The notes beneath the pieces were generated by a model. It was not told the origin of the DNA. It saw nothing but the letters and a program-made list of their open reading frames with translations, and made no database searches. This document shows, piece after piece, positions 36,346-47,249 of a stretch of DNA of 64,000 bases. Position 1 is the stretch's first letter. Every line of letters begins with the position of its first letter. Where the stretch lies: the NCBI GenBank assembly GCA_018830005.1, contig JAHJTE010000002.1, forward strand, positions 203,809-267,808, read 5' to 3'. Both the position numbers and the translations under genes were made by a program. This stretch comes from Candidatus Omnitrophota bacterium. Its GTDB lineage: Bacteria; Omnitrophota; Gorgyraeia; JAHJTE01.

Positions 36346-37949
36346 CTTTTAATTCTAGAGCGGATATATTTTTGCTCTGAGTCAGGAACCCACCATTTTA
36401 TAAAATTATATCCTATACCCAAGGGTTCTGGTTTTATGCCCTTAAAGCGTTTATGGACTATTGGAAGTGAATCCGGAACATAGAGAAATATATAAGGAGC
36501 ATCTTCATATATAATTTCGTGGATTTCTTTATATAATCTGGCACGCTCAGCCTGATTAAATGTCCGCCTCCCCTTTACCAATAAATCATCCACCTTCTTA
36601 TTATTATAAGAGATGAAATTAAATTCTCCTTCTCGCGTCTTAGAAGAATGCCAGATATCGTAATTATCAGGATCGCGCGATAAAGACCAACCCAATAGAA
36701 CAGCGTCAAATTTTCTCTTGTCGATAAATTCACTGATGAACGCAGACCATTCAATAATCTTGATCTTAACCTTTATACCAATATCAGCCAATCTTTTTTG
36801 GATAATCTCGGCAACTGCCTTTCTCTGCTCATTTCCCTGATTTGTGATAATCGTAAATTCAAAGCGCTTGCCTTCCCTATCCAGCCAGCCATCTCTATCT
36901 GTATCCTGCCAGCCTGCTCCTTTAAGTAAATGCCTTGCCTTATCCTGATTAAAGTCCCTGACTGAGATATCCTGATTATAAGCCCAGGAATCAGGCACAA
37001 AAGGCCCTGTGCAAACCCTTCCTAATCCTAAAAGAACACCTTTGATTATCTCATTCTTATCTAGGGCATAGTCGAGTGCTTGGCGTACTTTTTTATCTTT
37101 AAAAAGGGGGTTCTTCAAATTAAATCCAAGATATGTAAAGCCAAAACTTGGCAGCCTGTATTTATTAAATGTATTTTTAAAAAAGGCAGTATCAGTCTGG
37201 CGCTTGTATTGAAATGGTGTAAGGCCTGATAAATCTACGCCTTCTACCTGAGCCTCTAAAAACAGCGTTGCCTGATCTGGTATAATGCGATAGATGTAAC
37301 GGTCAATAAAAGGACGACTCTGGAAATAAGCCTCATTTGCCTCTAAGACAATTTTCTCTTGCGTCTTCCAGAATTTGAATTTATATGGCCCTGTGCCAAT
37401 GGGATTGCGTGAAAAAGAGGTATTATTAAAATCTTCATTTTCTAATATGTGTTTAGGCATGATACCCATGCCCCAGCTTGAAAGCCCTGGTGAGAATGGC
37501 TCTTTATATGTAACCTTTAGTGTATATTCGTCAATAACTTCAATGGCTTTGACTTTTTGGAAGTCTCCGCTATAAGGCGTCTTTACATCCGGATCAATTA
37601 ATTTCCTAAAAGTGAATTCAACATCTCTTGCACTAAAAGGTGTTCCATCATGCCAACGTACATTCTTCCTTAATTTAAAAATAATTACCAGGCCGCCTTC
37701 GGCAATCTGCCAACTCTCTGCCAAGTCCCCAATCAAATTAATATCCTTATCATATTTTATCAAGCCATTAAACACTAGGCCAACAATATCTCCAGAGGCT
37801 GAATCTGATGCTAGTATAGGAATGAGCGAACGCGCATCGCCGATAGAACCAACTACAATAGTATCTCCAGTATCTTTCACCTCTTGAGCGGAAGTTAGAC
37901 AATGTGAAAATAAAAAACATGTAATTATAAAAACTGCTATTTTCTTCAT
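36342..37949 (-). CDS. Peptide ABC transporter substrate-binding protein (family 5, OppA/AppA-like)
   Basis: Motifs [15 protein letters not shown] and PIGTGPYKF. Start set at the ATG at 37949, which opens a signal peptide (MKKIAVFII). Confidence 0.92.
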   Translation of the reverse strand: MKKIAVFIITCFLFSHCLTSAQEVKDTGDTIVVGSIGDARSLIPILASDSASGDIVGLVFNGLIKYDKDINLIGDLAESWQIAEGGLVIIFKLRKNVRWHDGTPFSARDVEFTFRKLIDPDVKTPYSGDFQKVKAIEVIDEYTLKVTYKEPFSPGLSSWGMGIMPKHILENEDFNNTSFSRNPIGTGPYKFKFWKTQEKIVLEANEAYFQSRPFIDRYIYRIIPDQATLFLEAQVEGVDLSGLTPFQYKRQTDTAFFKNTFNKYRLPSFGFTYLGFNLKNPLFKDKKVRQALDYALDKNEIIKGVLLGLGRVCTGPFVPDSWAYNQDISVRDFNQDKARHLLKGAGWQDTDRDGWLDREGKRFEFTIITNQGNEQRKAVAEIIQKRLADIGIKVKIKIIEWSAFISEFIDKRKFDAVLLGWSLSRDPDNYDIWHSSKTREGEFNFISYNNKKVDDLLVKGRRTFNQAERARLYKEIHEIIYEDAPYIFLYVPDSLPIVHKRFKGIKPEPLGIGYNFIKWWVPDSEQKYIRSRIKR

Positions 37950-37982
37950 AAAATAAAAAGCTACCATTCTTAAGTGGTAGCT
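37950..37982 (-). terminator. Rho-independent terminator after gap-pgk-tpiA-secG
   Basis: Minus strand AGCTACCA-CTTAAGAA-TGGTAGCT followed by TTTTATTTT. Confidence 0.75.
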
Positions 37983-38014
37983 AAACATTTTGAATTAAAG
38001 ACATGTTTAAAGTT

Positions 38015-38404
38015 TTACTCTTTAGGCTCTCCAACCGCATCCAGGATTTCGTTATCAGCAGCCACGCCTTCTGCGACGACTTCTTTAAGCTCAGGTGGGC
38101 TGACCTCCTCTTGCTTTGTGATCTCATCAGCCTTACTTTTAGTTTCTGGAATCTCAACTCTTTCCATCAAGGATTTAGACTGTTGCTTGGAAACATAAGC
38201 CAAAGTCAGGCAGCTTGTAATAAAAAGGATTGCCATGACAGTTGTCAGACGCACCATAAAGGCATTTGTCTTAGTGCCGAAAATAGATTCTGCAGCGCCT
38301 CCAAAGGTTTCTGCTAAACCACCACTCCTACCTGACTGCACTAAAATCACCACAATCAGCAAGATTCCAATAATTGCATGTATAGTAATTAAGATACCGT
38401 ACAT
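38015..38404 (-). CDS. secG: Preprotein translocase subunit SecG
   Basis: Two TM segments with LVQSGRSGGL..FGG; follows tpiA. Confidence 0.93.
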   Translation of the reverse strand: MYGILITIHAIIGILLIVVILVQSGRSGGLAETFGGAAESIFGTKTNAFMVRLTTVMAILFITSCLTLAYVSKQQSKSLMERVEIPETKSKADEITKQEEVSPPELKEVVAEGVAADNEILDAVGEPKE

Positions 38405-39150
38405 CTTTTTACAATTTGGGAAAATGATTCAATCCCTAAACTTGCTCCTCCAACCAAGGCGCCATCAATATCAGCTGCCTTCATTAAATCTGCTATATTC
38501 TCTGGCTTGACACTGCCTCCATACTGAATTCTTACCGAACTTGCTACCTCTTTATTATACCATTTTTCAAGCAGTGAGCGTAGGAATTTATGGACTTCTT
38601 GGGCCTGAGCACTTGTTGCGGTTTTTCCTGTGCCGATTGCCCAAATAGGTTCATAGGCAAATACGATCTTTTTTACTTGAGCCTCCTTGATATCTTTCAA
38701 CGCTGCCTGCAACTGTCTCTGCACCACATCATAAGTCTGATTAGCCTCTCTCTGTTCTAATTTCTCACCGATACAACAAATAGGCGTAATCTCTGCCATT
38801 AATGCAGCCTTAATCTTATTGTTAACTGCCTCGTCTGTTTCTTGAAAGTGTTGCCTTCTTTCAGAATGGCCTAAAATCACGAAGCTAACGCCGACATCCT
38901 TAAGCATCGAAGCTGAGATCTCTCCTGTATAAGCACCTTCATCTTGCCAATACATATCCTGTGCACCCAATTTGATGCTAGAATCAGCTAAGACCTCAGA
39001 TACTTCACTCAGTGCTGTATAAGTAGGACAAACAACAATATCCGCGCCTACGAAATCAGATAGCTCCCTCTTTAGGCCATTGACCAACTCAATAGCCTGA
39101 GGTATGGTCTTATACATTTTCCAGTTTCCAGCTATTATCGGCTTTCTCAT
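38389..39150 (-). CDS. tpiA: Triosephosphate isomerase
   Basis: Motifs AGNWKM, GHSERR, AYEPIWAIGTG and YGGSV. Confidence 0.98.
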   Translation of the reverse strand: MRKPIIAGNWKMYKTIPQAIELVNGLKRELSDFVGADIVVCPTYTALSEVSEVLADSSIKLGAQDMYWQDEGAYTGEISASMLKDVGVSFVILGHSERRQHFQETDEAVNNKIKAALMAEITPICCIGEKLEQREANQTYDVVQRQLQAALKDIKEAQVKKIVFAYEPIWAIGTGKTATSAQAQEVHKFLRSLLEKWYNKEVASSVRIQYGGSVKPENIADLMKAADIDGALVGGASLGIESFSQIVKRCTVS

Positions 39151-39160
39151 TATCTATCTC

Positions 39161-40345
39161 CTACTTATCGCTTAAGGCAGCAATACCAGGTAATGTTTTT
39201 CCCTCCATATACTCTAAAGAAGCGCCGCCACCTGTAGAAATATGAGTAATTTTATCAGTCAGGCCAAAAAGACTTGCAGCTGCTGCTGTATCTCCACCAC
39301 CAAGGATTGTAGCCGCATCTAACTCAGTAATATAGGTCATTATCTCCTTTGTGCCGCGGCTAAAAGCCTCAATCTCACTCACTCCCAAAGGTCCATTCCA
39401 AAGCATGGTCTTTGCGTCTTTTAATTCATCTTTAAATATCTCTATACTCCTGGGACCAATATCTAAACCCATAAGATCAGATGGTAAATTTAATCCTTTA
39501 ATTAATTGCGCAGAGCCAGGATTATCAATTGCTGTTGCAGCTATATGATCAACAGGCAGAACTATTGCTTTGTTCTGTTTTTTCGCTAAATCAATTATAT
39601 TTTTTGCAAAATCAAGGCGTTCTTTATCAAGCAGTGATTTTCCGATTTCAACGCCAACTGCCTTTAAAAACGTATAAGCCATACCGCCGCCAATCAGAAA
39701 TTTTTGAGCTTTGGGCAGGAGATTTTCGATTACAGCGATTTTATCCGAAACTTTCGCACCGCCTAAAATCACAACAAAAGGCAATTCCGGATTTGCCAAA
39801 GTATCTCCTAAGTATTTAATCTCCTTTTCCAGTAAAAACCCTGCTGCAGATTTAAGGTGATGCGTTACGCCTTCGGTAGAGGCATGTGCGCGATGCGCGC
39901 TACCAAAGGCATCGTTTACGAATAAATCGCCAAGTTTAGCTAAACCCTTAGCAAAATCAGAATCATTCTTTTCTTCTTCTTTATGGAAACGAAGATTCTC
40001 AAGAAGAATTACTTTTTCTCTGGAATCGGCTATAGCTTTTTCAACAGCTTCACCAACACAATCATCAAGCTTTAAAACAGGCTGACTTATGAGCGCCTCA
40101 AGCCTAGCTGCAACTTTATCCATTTTTAAGCTATCTTTAATTTCTCCCTTAGGCCTCCCTAAATGAGACATGAGTATCAACTTTGATACGCCATTATCTA
40201 AGGCATACTTAATAGTAGGCAAGCTTGCTCTTATACGAATGTCATCTGTAATGTTTCCCTGCTTATCTTGAGGAGCATTAAAATCAACCCGCACTAAGAG
40301 GCGCTTATCTTTTAAGCTTAAATCTGAAATTGTTAACTTTGCCAT
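39161..40345 (-). CDS. pgk: Phosphoglycerate kinase
   Basis: Motifs RVDFN, SHLGRP, LLENLRF, NDAFG.AHRAH and STGGGASLE. Confidence 0.98.
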   Translation of the reverse strand: MAKLTISDLSLKDKRLLVRVDFNAPQDKQGNITDDIRIRASLPTIKYALDNGVSKLILMSHLGRPKGEIKDSLKMDKVAARLEALISQPVLKLDDCVGEAVEKAIADSREKVILLENLRFHKEEEKNDSDFAKGLAKLGDLFVNDAFGSAHRAHASTEGVTHHLKSAAGFLLEKEIKYLGDTLANPELPFVVILGGAKVSDKIAVIENLLPKAQKFLIGGGMAYTFLKAVGVEIGKSLLDKERLDFAKNIIDLAKKQNKAIVLPVDHIAATAIDNPGSAQLIKGLNLPSDLMGLDIGPRSIEIFKDELKDAKTMLWNGPLGVSEIEAFSRGTKEIMTYITELDAATILGGGDTAAAASLFGLTDKITHISTGGGASLEYMEGKTLPGIAALSDK

Positions 40346-40369
40346 TTATTACTATGCTCCTGTCTTTAT

Positions 40370-41398
<1,029 letters not shown>

Positions 41399-41464
41399 TT
41401 AATAATTAGATAACTTAAGGAATCCATAAAATATACTCTTTAAATCTCAAGCTTCGTTCAGTCT

Positions 41465-41492
41465 ATTATATTATTTTTTCTTCTCCTGTCTA
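41465..41492 (-). promoter_or_regulatory. Putative sigma70 promoter for the gap operon
   Basis: Minus strand TAGACA-N16-TATAAT. Confidence 0.55.
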
Positions 41493-41527
41493 TTAAAATT
41501 TAAGAAAATTATAACTTTATCTCTTTT

Positions 41528-41651
41528 CCCCCATTCAAAACCAGCTACCCTAGTCAGGCGCGGGAACAATTCTATATGCCAATGATAATCCTGCTCAATT
41601 GTCTGCCAGTATCCTTTGCGAGGAAAACGGATCCTTACTTAATTCTCCCAT
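41528..41651 (-). pseudogene. galT: Galactose-1-phosphate uridylyltransferase relic (N-terminus joined out of frame to a near-C-terminal fragment)
   Basis: The ATG at 41651 gives MGELSKDP, matching the GalT start MxELRxDP. Immediately after, in a shifted frame, comes [34 protein letters not shown], matching the GalT C-terminal HWHxExxPR...AGFE motif. Confidence 0.8.
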
Positions 41652-41675
41652 CTTTCCATTTCCCTCTTTAGTTAA

Positions 41676-42620
41676 TTATCCCAAAAAATCACCTAGTGAA
41701 ATTCTTGACCCAGCAATAAATTCCTCTGGCCTCATGCGTCTTGAATTCTCTGGCTGCACCTCTTCTATCTTAAGGACACCGTGAGCACAAGCAACAGAAA
41801 TCAAGCCATCGCTTAAACTAACTACTTCTCCTGGCTTTGCCGAAACAGATTCAGGAAAGACTTTGGCAGCAAAGATTTTAAGGCGCTTTCCTTTAAAATA
41901 TGTAAAGGCAACTGGCCAAGGCAGACAACCCCGAATCTGATGATGGATAGCAACAGCATCAATATTCCAATTTATGACACCATCGTTTTTCTCCAATTTC
42001 GGAGCAAAAGTAGCACATGATGAATCCTGTTTAGAAAAGGTAATCTTTTTCTCTTTAATCAAATCCAAAACCTCAAGAATCTTTTTGCCAGCAAGCACAC
42101 TAAGTTTAGCCTCTAAAGTTATAGCATTATCATCTGCCTCTAGCAGAATCTCCTCCTGAGCAACAATATCTCCTTCATCTATTTTCTCATTCATTCGAAT
42201 AATAGTTATACCGCTTGAAGTTTCTCCGTTTATAATTGCCCATTGGATAGGGGCAGCTCCCCGATACTTAGGAAGTAACGAGGTATGGATATTTAAAGCA
42301 AAACTGCGCGGTATATCTAAAATTTTTGCTGGTAAAATTTTACCATAGGCAACAACAATAAATATATCAGCCTCTAACCCTGCAAGCTTATCTAAAAAGG
42401 CTTTATCGGATAAATCATCAACAGCTAAAACATCCAATGCCTTGGTTTCAGCAAAAATCTTAACAGGCGTAGAATGCAGCATAAGATGCCTGCCTGATTT
42501 TTTATCAGGCTGGGTAACTACACAGCTCGGGATATAGCCAGCCTTTAGTAAAGTGCTTAGTATCTCAACCGAAATCTGAGCACTTCCAAAAAATATTATT
42601 CTCAAATCTTGCTTACTCAT
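41676..42620 (-). CDS. fmt: Methionyl-tRNA formyltransferase
   Basis: Motifs VVTQPD, VVAYGKIL, NIHTSLLPKYRGAAPIQ and DEGDI. Confidence 0.96.
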   Translation of the reverse strand: MSKQDLRIIFFGSAQISVEILSTLLKAGYIPSCVVTQPDKKSGRHLMLHSTPVKIFAETKALDVLAVDDLSDKAFLDKLAGLEADIFIVVAYGKILPAKILDIPRSFALNIHTSLLPKYRGAAPIQWAIINGETSSGITIIRMNEKIDEGDIVAQEEILLEADDNAITLEAKLSVLAGKKILEVLDLIKEKKITFSKQDSSCATFAPKLEKNDGVINWNIDAVAIHHQIRGCLPWPVAFTYFKGKRLKIFAAKVFPESVSAKPGEVVSLSDGLISVACAHGVLKIEEVQPENSRRMRPEEFIAGSRISLGDFLG

Positions 42621-44503
42621 ATATCTACATTAACTCCGATACTAACTGCCTTGCCAGCCTTTAATTTAGGTAATAACCCGGAAACAATGCGATTCATCTC
42701 CTCCACTTTAGCTGTTTTAATCAAGATTTGCAATCTAAATTTTGAACGCAATTTAAACGGAATATCTTCAATAGGAGAAAATACTTCTATATGCCTTTCT
42801 CTCGCAACGCGATTTTTCAATAGTTTGAACAATTTTTGGGAAGTCAAATTTAACTCTTCTAGCTTCGCAGATTTTAAATTTAATGCAATCAGATGCCTGT
42901 AAGGTGGGAGGTTCAAGCTCTTTCTATCATTTAACTCTGCCTTAATAAAAGCCTCATAATCCCCCTGATTAAGACAGCTAAATACACGATGTTCGCATAT
43001 ATAAGTCTGAACAACTAACTCATCTTTTGCTAAGGCGCGCAAATGCAGTAAAATCCTAAAGGCCTCTTCGCTAGAGCGAAGCTGGGCAAGATTTAATATA
43101 TTATCCATGGAAACAACAGCACATAAATCTATATCTTCTTTTATAAGGCCTTCTTTTAACCCGAATTGACTAGTGATAATTATGTTTGATGAAGAGGCCT
43201 CAGCCTTGGCCTCCAAGGAATCAAGACAGGTAATTTTAACTCCGGGAAATAAACGATGCGTTTCACTTTCAAGGCGTTGAATACCAAAACCGCCAAAATA
43301 TATGAGATTAAAATTGCACTTTGGGCAGACCTTAGGCTCATCTATTTTATAATTACAATGAGGACACTGCATCGTCTTTGTATGATAATAGTAAATAAGA
43401 TGACTGCTGCAGCGAGCACACTCAAGTGAATGTCCGCAACTCTTGCATCGTAAAAATGTAGCAAAGCCTCTGCGGTTAAGAAAAATCAAAATCCTTTTTT
43501 CCTGTTCTAGGTAATTCCTGATGCGTTCAGTAAACGGCAAAGAGAATAGATTGCCTCCTCTAGGCAACCTTTGATATCTCAAATCAATTATCTTTGTTTT
43601 AGGCAACCTAGCTTTATCTGTCTGTTCTGAGATAAACTTAAATTTATTCTTTATCGTAGAATGAAATACTTCCGCACTGGGTGATATGCTTGAAAGCACC
43701 AACATAGCTTGCCTGTCCTTGGCCAGCATTATTGCAACATCCCTGGCATTATAGTAAGGTCTGGTCTCCTGCTTATAAACAAAATTGTCCTCAGAATCTA
43801 TGATAATCAAGCCAATATTAACTAAGGGAGAGAATATTGCAGCGCGTGAGCCAACTACTATATCCGCTTCAGACGATTTAATCGAAAGCCAAGCAAGAAA
43901 CGCCTCCTTTTTACTTAATCTACTGTGCAAACAGATAATACGTGCCCCCTTGAAAATGCTCCTTAAGCGCTTGACCCAAACGTCGACTAAAGAAGTATCA
44001 GGCAAAAGAAATATAACCTGCTTATTTTTCTCCAGCGCCTCTTTGATTCTTTCTACGAAAAACTCGCTCTTTTTTTCTTCATCGATACTGCGATAAACAA
44101 ACCCAGAAAATTTCTCTTTAACTTTTGGCCTCTCTTCTGGCTCTTTTGGAAACTTATAATCTAGAGGAATCTGCCTTCCTTTTCTGATTAAGTCCGGAAG
44201 TGCTGCCTCAATCATCTCGCCAAGCGAAGAACAATAATAAGAGGAGATCTTAGACATTAAAGATAAAAAATGACCTGGCAAGATTGGCGCCTCATCTATT
44301 AAGGAAATAATAGGGTTGAGTTTCTTAATCTGCGATTTATCCGTCAATGCCTGAACATAACCAATCATATTGCGTCTATTAAAAATTATGTTCACACGAG
44401 AGCCTGCCTTTATTTTTTTTCTTAAATTCTCAGGGATAGAATAATCAAAGCTTTTTGATAGCGGCAGGCCCAAAACAACTTTAGCAATTAATTTATCTGA
44501 CAT
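42617..44503 (-). CDS. priA: Primosomal protein N' (PriA) with degenerate ATPase motifs
   Basis: 3'-binding domain (FDYSIP...GSRV), HSRL, VVGSRAAIF, YKQE..PYYNARD, LNRRGF, four CxxC pairs and LPPY. Walker A/B are degenerate. Confidence 0.9.
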   Translation of the reverse strand: MSDKLIAKVVLGLPLSKSFDYSIPENLRKKIKAGSRVNIIFNRRNMIGYVQALTDKSQIKKLNPIISLIDEAPILPGHFLSLMSKISSYYCSSLGEMIEAALPDLIRKGRQIPLDYKFPKEPEERPKVKEKFSGFVYRSIDEEKKSEFFVERIKEALEKNKQVIFLLPDTSLVDVWVKRLRSIFKGARIICLHSRLSKKEAFLAWLSIKSSEADIVVGSRAAIFSPLVNIGLIIIDSEDNFVYKQETRPYYNARDVAIMLAKDRQAMLVLSSISPSAEVFHSTIKNKFKFISEQTDKARLPKTKIIDLRYQRLPRGGNLFSLPFTERIRNYLEQEKRILIFLNRRGFATFLRCKSCGHSLECARCSSHLIYYYHTKTMQCPHCNYKIDEPKVCPKCNFNLIYFGGFGIQRLESETHRLFPGVKITCLDSLEAKAEASSSNIIITSQFGLKEGLIKEDIDLCAVVSMDNILNLAQLRSSEEAFRILLHLRALAKDELVVQTYICEHRVFSCLNQGDYEAFIKAELNDRKSLNLPPYRHLIALNLKSAKLEELNLTSQKLFKLLKNRVARERHIEVFSPIEDIPFKLRSKFRLQILIKTAKVEEMNRIVSGLLPKLKAGKAVSIGVNVDI

Positions 44504-45593
44504 GTTCCTTTAGAAATGAAATTATCCTAGAATTTGCATCGCATCTTGCGTAGCGAGCTAAATTTTGCTTCAAGACAGTCAAACCCTTAGGATCCTGCGA
44601 AAATTCAAGCAACCTTTGAATGACTGCGCTTTCTCTTCTCTCATAAAAGGCACAACCTAAAGTGGTAAAAACTTCAATATTGGCTGCCTCCTGACCTCCG
44701 ATACGCGAAATAAAACACATCGGGATTTGTGCAATGAGCGACTCTGTTACTGTCAGGCCTCCTGCCTTAGTAATAATAACATCGCTACAAGCTAAGAAAT
44801 CAGCCATATTACTAACAAGTGGATATAAAATTAGGTTATTTGATCCTATCTTTTCTAAACTGTGTAGCAATTTTTTATTCTTACCGCAGATTACTATCGT
44901 CTGCATATTATCCTTCAAAACGCTGGCGATTCTGCCTAAACAATTCAGGCCGATAGCGCCAGTTACAAGCAGGGCAGTAAATTTATTAGGATTGACTCCT
45001 GTAATCTCAGCGGCTACCTGGCGGCTCTTTAGATTCAAAAACGATTTATCTACCGGAATACCCAAATCAAGGATCTTATCCTTTTCAATGCCTTTTTTAA
45101 TTAAAATATCCTTTAAAAATTGGAGGCCGACTATGAATTTATCAACTCCATCATTTAACCAAAAGCCATGGATGGTATAATCAGTTATAATTGATATATG
45201 GAAGGAATCTATCTTCTTTCTCTTTTTTAAATTGGATAATACTTCGCTAGATAAAAAATGGGTGCTTAAAACAACCTGGGGGTTATTTTTATTTAAAAAG
45301 CATACAAATCTCTTCGTCATCAAAGAGTTGCTGGCTCTTCTTAATAAGTTTATAAGCTTGGAGAGTATTCCTAAATTTGTCAGCCAATAAAAAAATGACC
45401 AAAGCCAAGAAATACGACTTATCAGAAAAATATATCCTTTTGAATAGGTGAATTTAAAAAAGGAGGGCGTGAAATCTAGAATATCAACAAGAGATGATTC
45501 TTGCTTTAGGCTATCGTCTAAACTTTCATAAATTGCTTCTGCTGCCCTACGATGGCCAGCTCCGGCACTCGCATAAACAATAAGAAGTTTCAT
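44493..45593 (-). CDS. MGDG-synthase/UgtP-like glycosyltransferase (GT28)
   Basis: Motifs ASAGAGHRRAA, STHF, ITDY..H..W, GIPV, ITKAGGLT..E and GQE..N. Confidence 0.85.
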   Translation of the reverse strand: MKLLIVYASAGAGHRRAAEAIYESLDDSLKQESSLVDILDFTPSFFKFTYSKGYIFLISRISWLWSFFYWLTNLGILSKLINLLRRASNSLMTKRFVCFLNKNNPQVVLSTHFLSSEVLSNLKKRKKIDSFHISIITDYTIHGFWLNDGVDKFIVGLQFLKDILIKKGIEKDKILDLGIPVDKSFLNLKSRQVAAEITGVNPNKFTALLVTGAIGLNCLGRIASVLKDNMQTIVICGKNKKLLHSLEKIGSNNLILYPLVSNMADFLACSDVIITKAGGLTVTESLIAQIPMCFISRIGGQEAANIEVFTTLGCAFYERRESAVIQRLLEFSQDPKGLTVLKQNLARYARCDANSRIISFLKEHVR

Positions 45594-46189
45594 GCATTAG
45601 TTTTTAATATGAATTTTGTAGCTTCTAATAAATTTTTGAACACGTAGTCAGGTCTTCCTGAGCGCTTAGCCATAACCCTTCGCCTATCCCTTCCGCTTAA
45701 AACTAGAATAGTCTTCAGGTGGCTGCGCTTTCCCATAACTATATCCTTGGCAATATCATCTCCTATTAAATAAGAAGATGTACGGTCAATTCTTGAATCA
45801 AGAGATTGCATTGCCTTTTTTACTGAGGCGGTCTTGGGCTTGCGACATGCGCAATTTGTCTCTGGTAAATGAGTGCAATATAAGACCTTTCTTATGCTTC
45901 CGCCTGCCCTCTTAATATTTAACAGCATCTTATGGGTAATTGCCTTAAGTGCAGCCTTTGTGTATATCTTTTTTGCCACGCCAGCCTGATTAGAGATGAT
46001 AAATATAATGAATCCTGCCTCTGTTAGCTTCTTAATAGCTCTTAATGAACCCGGGATAAGCTTAAAAGAGCGCAGACTTGTCACGTATTTTCTTCTTCCT
46101 GGATACCTGTTGATTACGCCATCACGATCAAGGAAAATTACCTTTTTCTTCTTAGGCTTCGAATGTTTGGTTAGAATCTTTTTTTTCAT
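45590..46189 (-). CDS. gmhB: D-glycero-D-manno-heptose-1,7-bisphosphate phosphatase (HAD IIIA)
   Basis: Motifs FLDRDGVIN, SNQAGV, CTH...C.CRKP and IGD; heptosyltransferases nearby. Confidence 0.85.
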   Translation of the reverse strand: MKKKILTKHSKPKKKKVIFLDRDGVINRYPGRRKYVTSLRSFKLIPGSLRAIKKLTEAGFIIFIISNQAGVAKKIYTKAALKAITHKMLLNIKRAGGSIRKVLYCTHLPETNCACRKPKTASVKKAMQSLDSRIDRTSSYLIGDDIAKDIVMGKRSHLKTILVLSGRDRRRVMAKRSGRPDYVFKNLLEATKFILKTNA

Positions 46190-46208
46190 TGCCGGAACTT
46201 TAAGGATA

Positions 46209-47246
46209 TTAGATGAAAAAACGCTTATTCGTCTTCACCCAATCAACTAATCTAGCAATACCATCTTTAACGCCTATCTTGGGTTGCCAAGAAAGTCTTT
46301 CTTTTATTTTATCTATATCTGAAATATATACCTTCTGGTCACTAGGGCGCCAATCGCCAAAAGAAAGATTAGGGTCTTTACCGCTAATCTCTTTCAGCTG
46401 CTTGATGAATTCAAGCAGTGATATTGTATTATTGGGACCACCGCCAATATTAAAAACTCCGCTAGATAAATCACTATCAATAAAGGCATCGTATGCCCCA
46501 ACAAGATCTTCAACATATAAGAGGTCTCTAACCTGCTTACCATCACCAAAAATAGTTATTGGCCTATTAAAAAGCGCTGCAATAATAAACCAAGCAACCC
46601 AACCCTGATCTTCAAATCCAAATTGTCTGGTTCCATATATGCAGCTCATACGAAATACTGCTGTGCGCATACCATAGATATGGGCGTACTCCTGAGTATA
46701 AAGATCACCCACCAGCTTTGATACTCCATAAGGAGTATGAGCTGTTAAGTCTGTAAGTATATCTTCATTAATGCCTTTAATTTCCTTAAAACAATAACGA
46801 GTATCCTTCTCCTCTATAGGGAGTTCACTTACATTCTCGCCATAAACTTTATTGGTCGAACAATAGATAAAGGTTGCATGCTTGCAAATTTTTCTCGTGC
46901 ACTCTAATATATTGAGCGTACCAAAGGCGTTAATACTAAAATCTTCCCTAGGATCTTTTACAGAGGCAAGTACGCCAGGTTGACCAGCAGTATGGATAAC
47001 AACATCAACCCCCTTGCCTAAGGCCTTTAGGCAATCGGATTCTACCCTTACATCACCTTTAATGCACTTAATATTATTAAGTTTTTTTAGATAATTCCAA
47101 TTAAACTCTACTGATTTTTTGTCATATCCGAAAATTTTTGAACGCATGAGATTATCAAGGGCAATAACCTCATTTCCTTTCTTGGCAAAGTATTCTGCTG
47201 CGTGTGAACCAACAAGACCAGCTCCACCTGTAATTAAAATTCTCAA
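46209..47246 (-). CDS. NDP-sugar epimerase, CDP-paratose 2-epimerase (RfbE/Tyv)-like
   Basis: Motifs TGGAGLVGS, STNKVYG, PYGVSK and FRMSCIYGTRQFG.EDQGWVAWF. Confidence 0.8.
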   Translation of the reverse strand: MRILITGGAGLVGSHAAEYFAKKGNEVIALDNLMRSKIFGYDKKSVEFNWNYLKKLNNIKCIKGDVRVESDCLKALGKGVDVVIHTAGQPGVLASVKDPREDFSINAFGTLNILECTRKICKHATFIYCSTNKVYGENVSELPIEEKDTRYCFKEIKGINEDILTDLTAHTPYGVSKLVGDLYTQEYAHIYGMRTAVFRMSCIYGTRQFGFEDQGWVAWFIIAALFNRPITIFGDGKQVRDLLYVEDLVGAYDAFIDSDLSSGVFNIGGGPNNTISLLEFIKQLKEISGKDPNLSFGDWRPSDQKVYISDIDKIKERLSWQPKIGVKDGIARLVDWVKTNKRFFI

Positions 47247-47249
47247 CTT

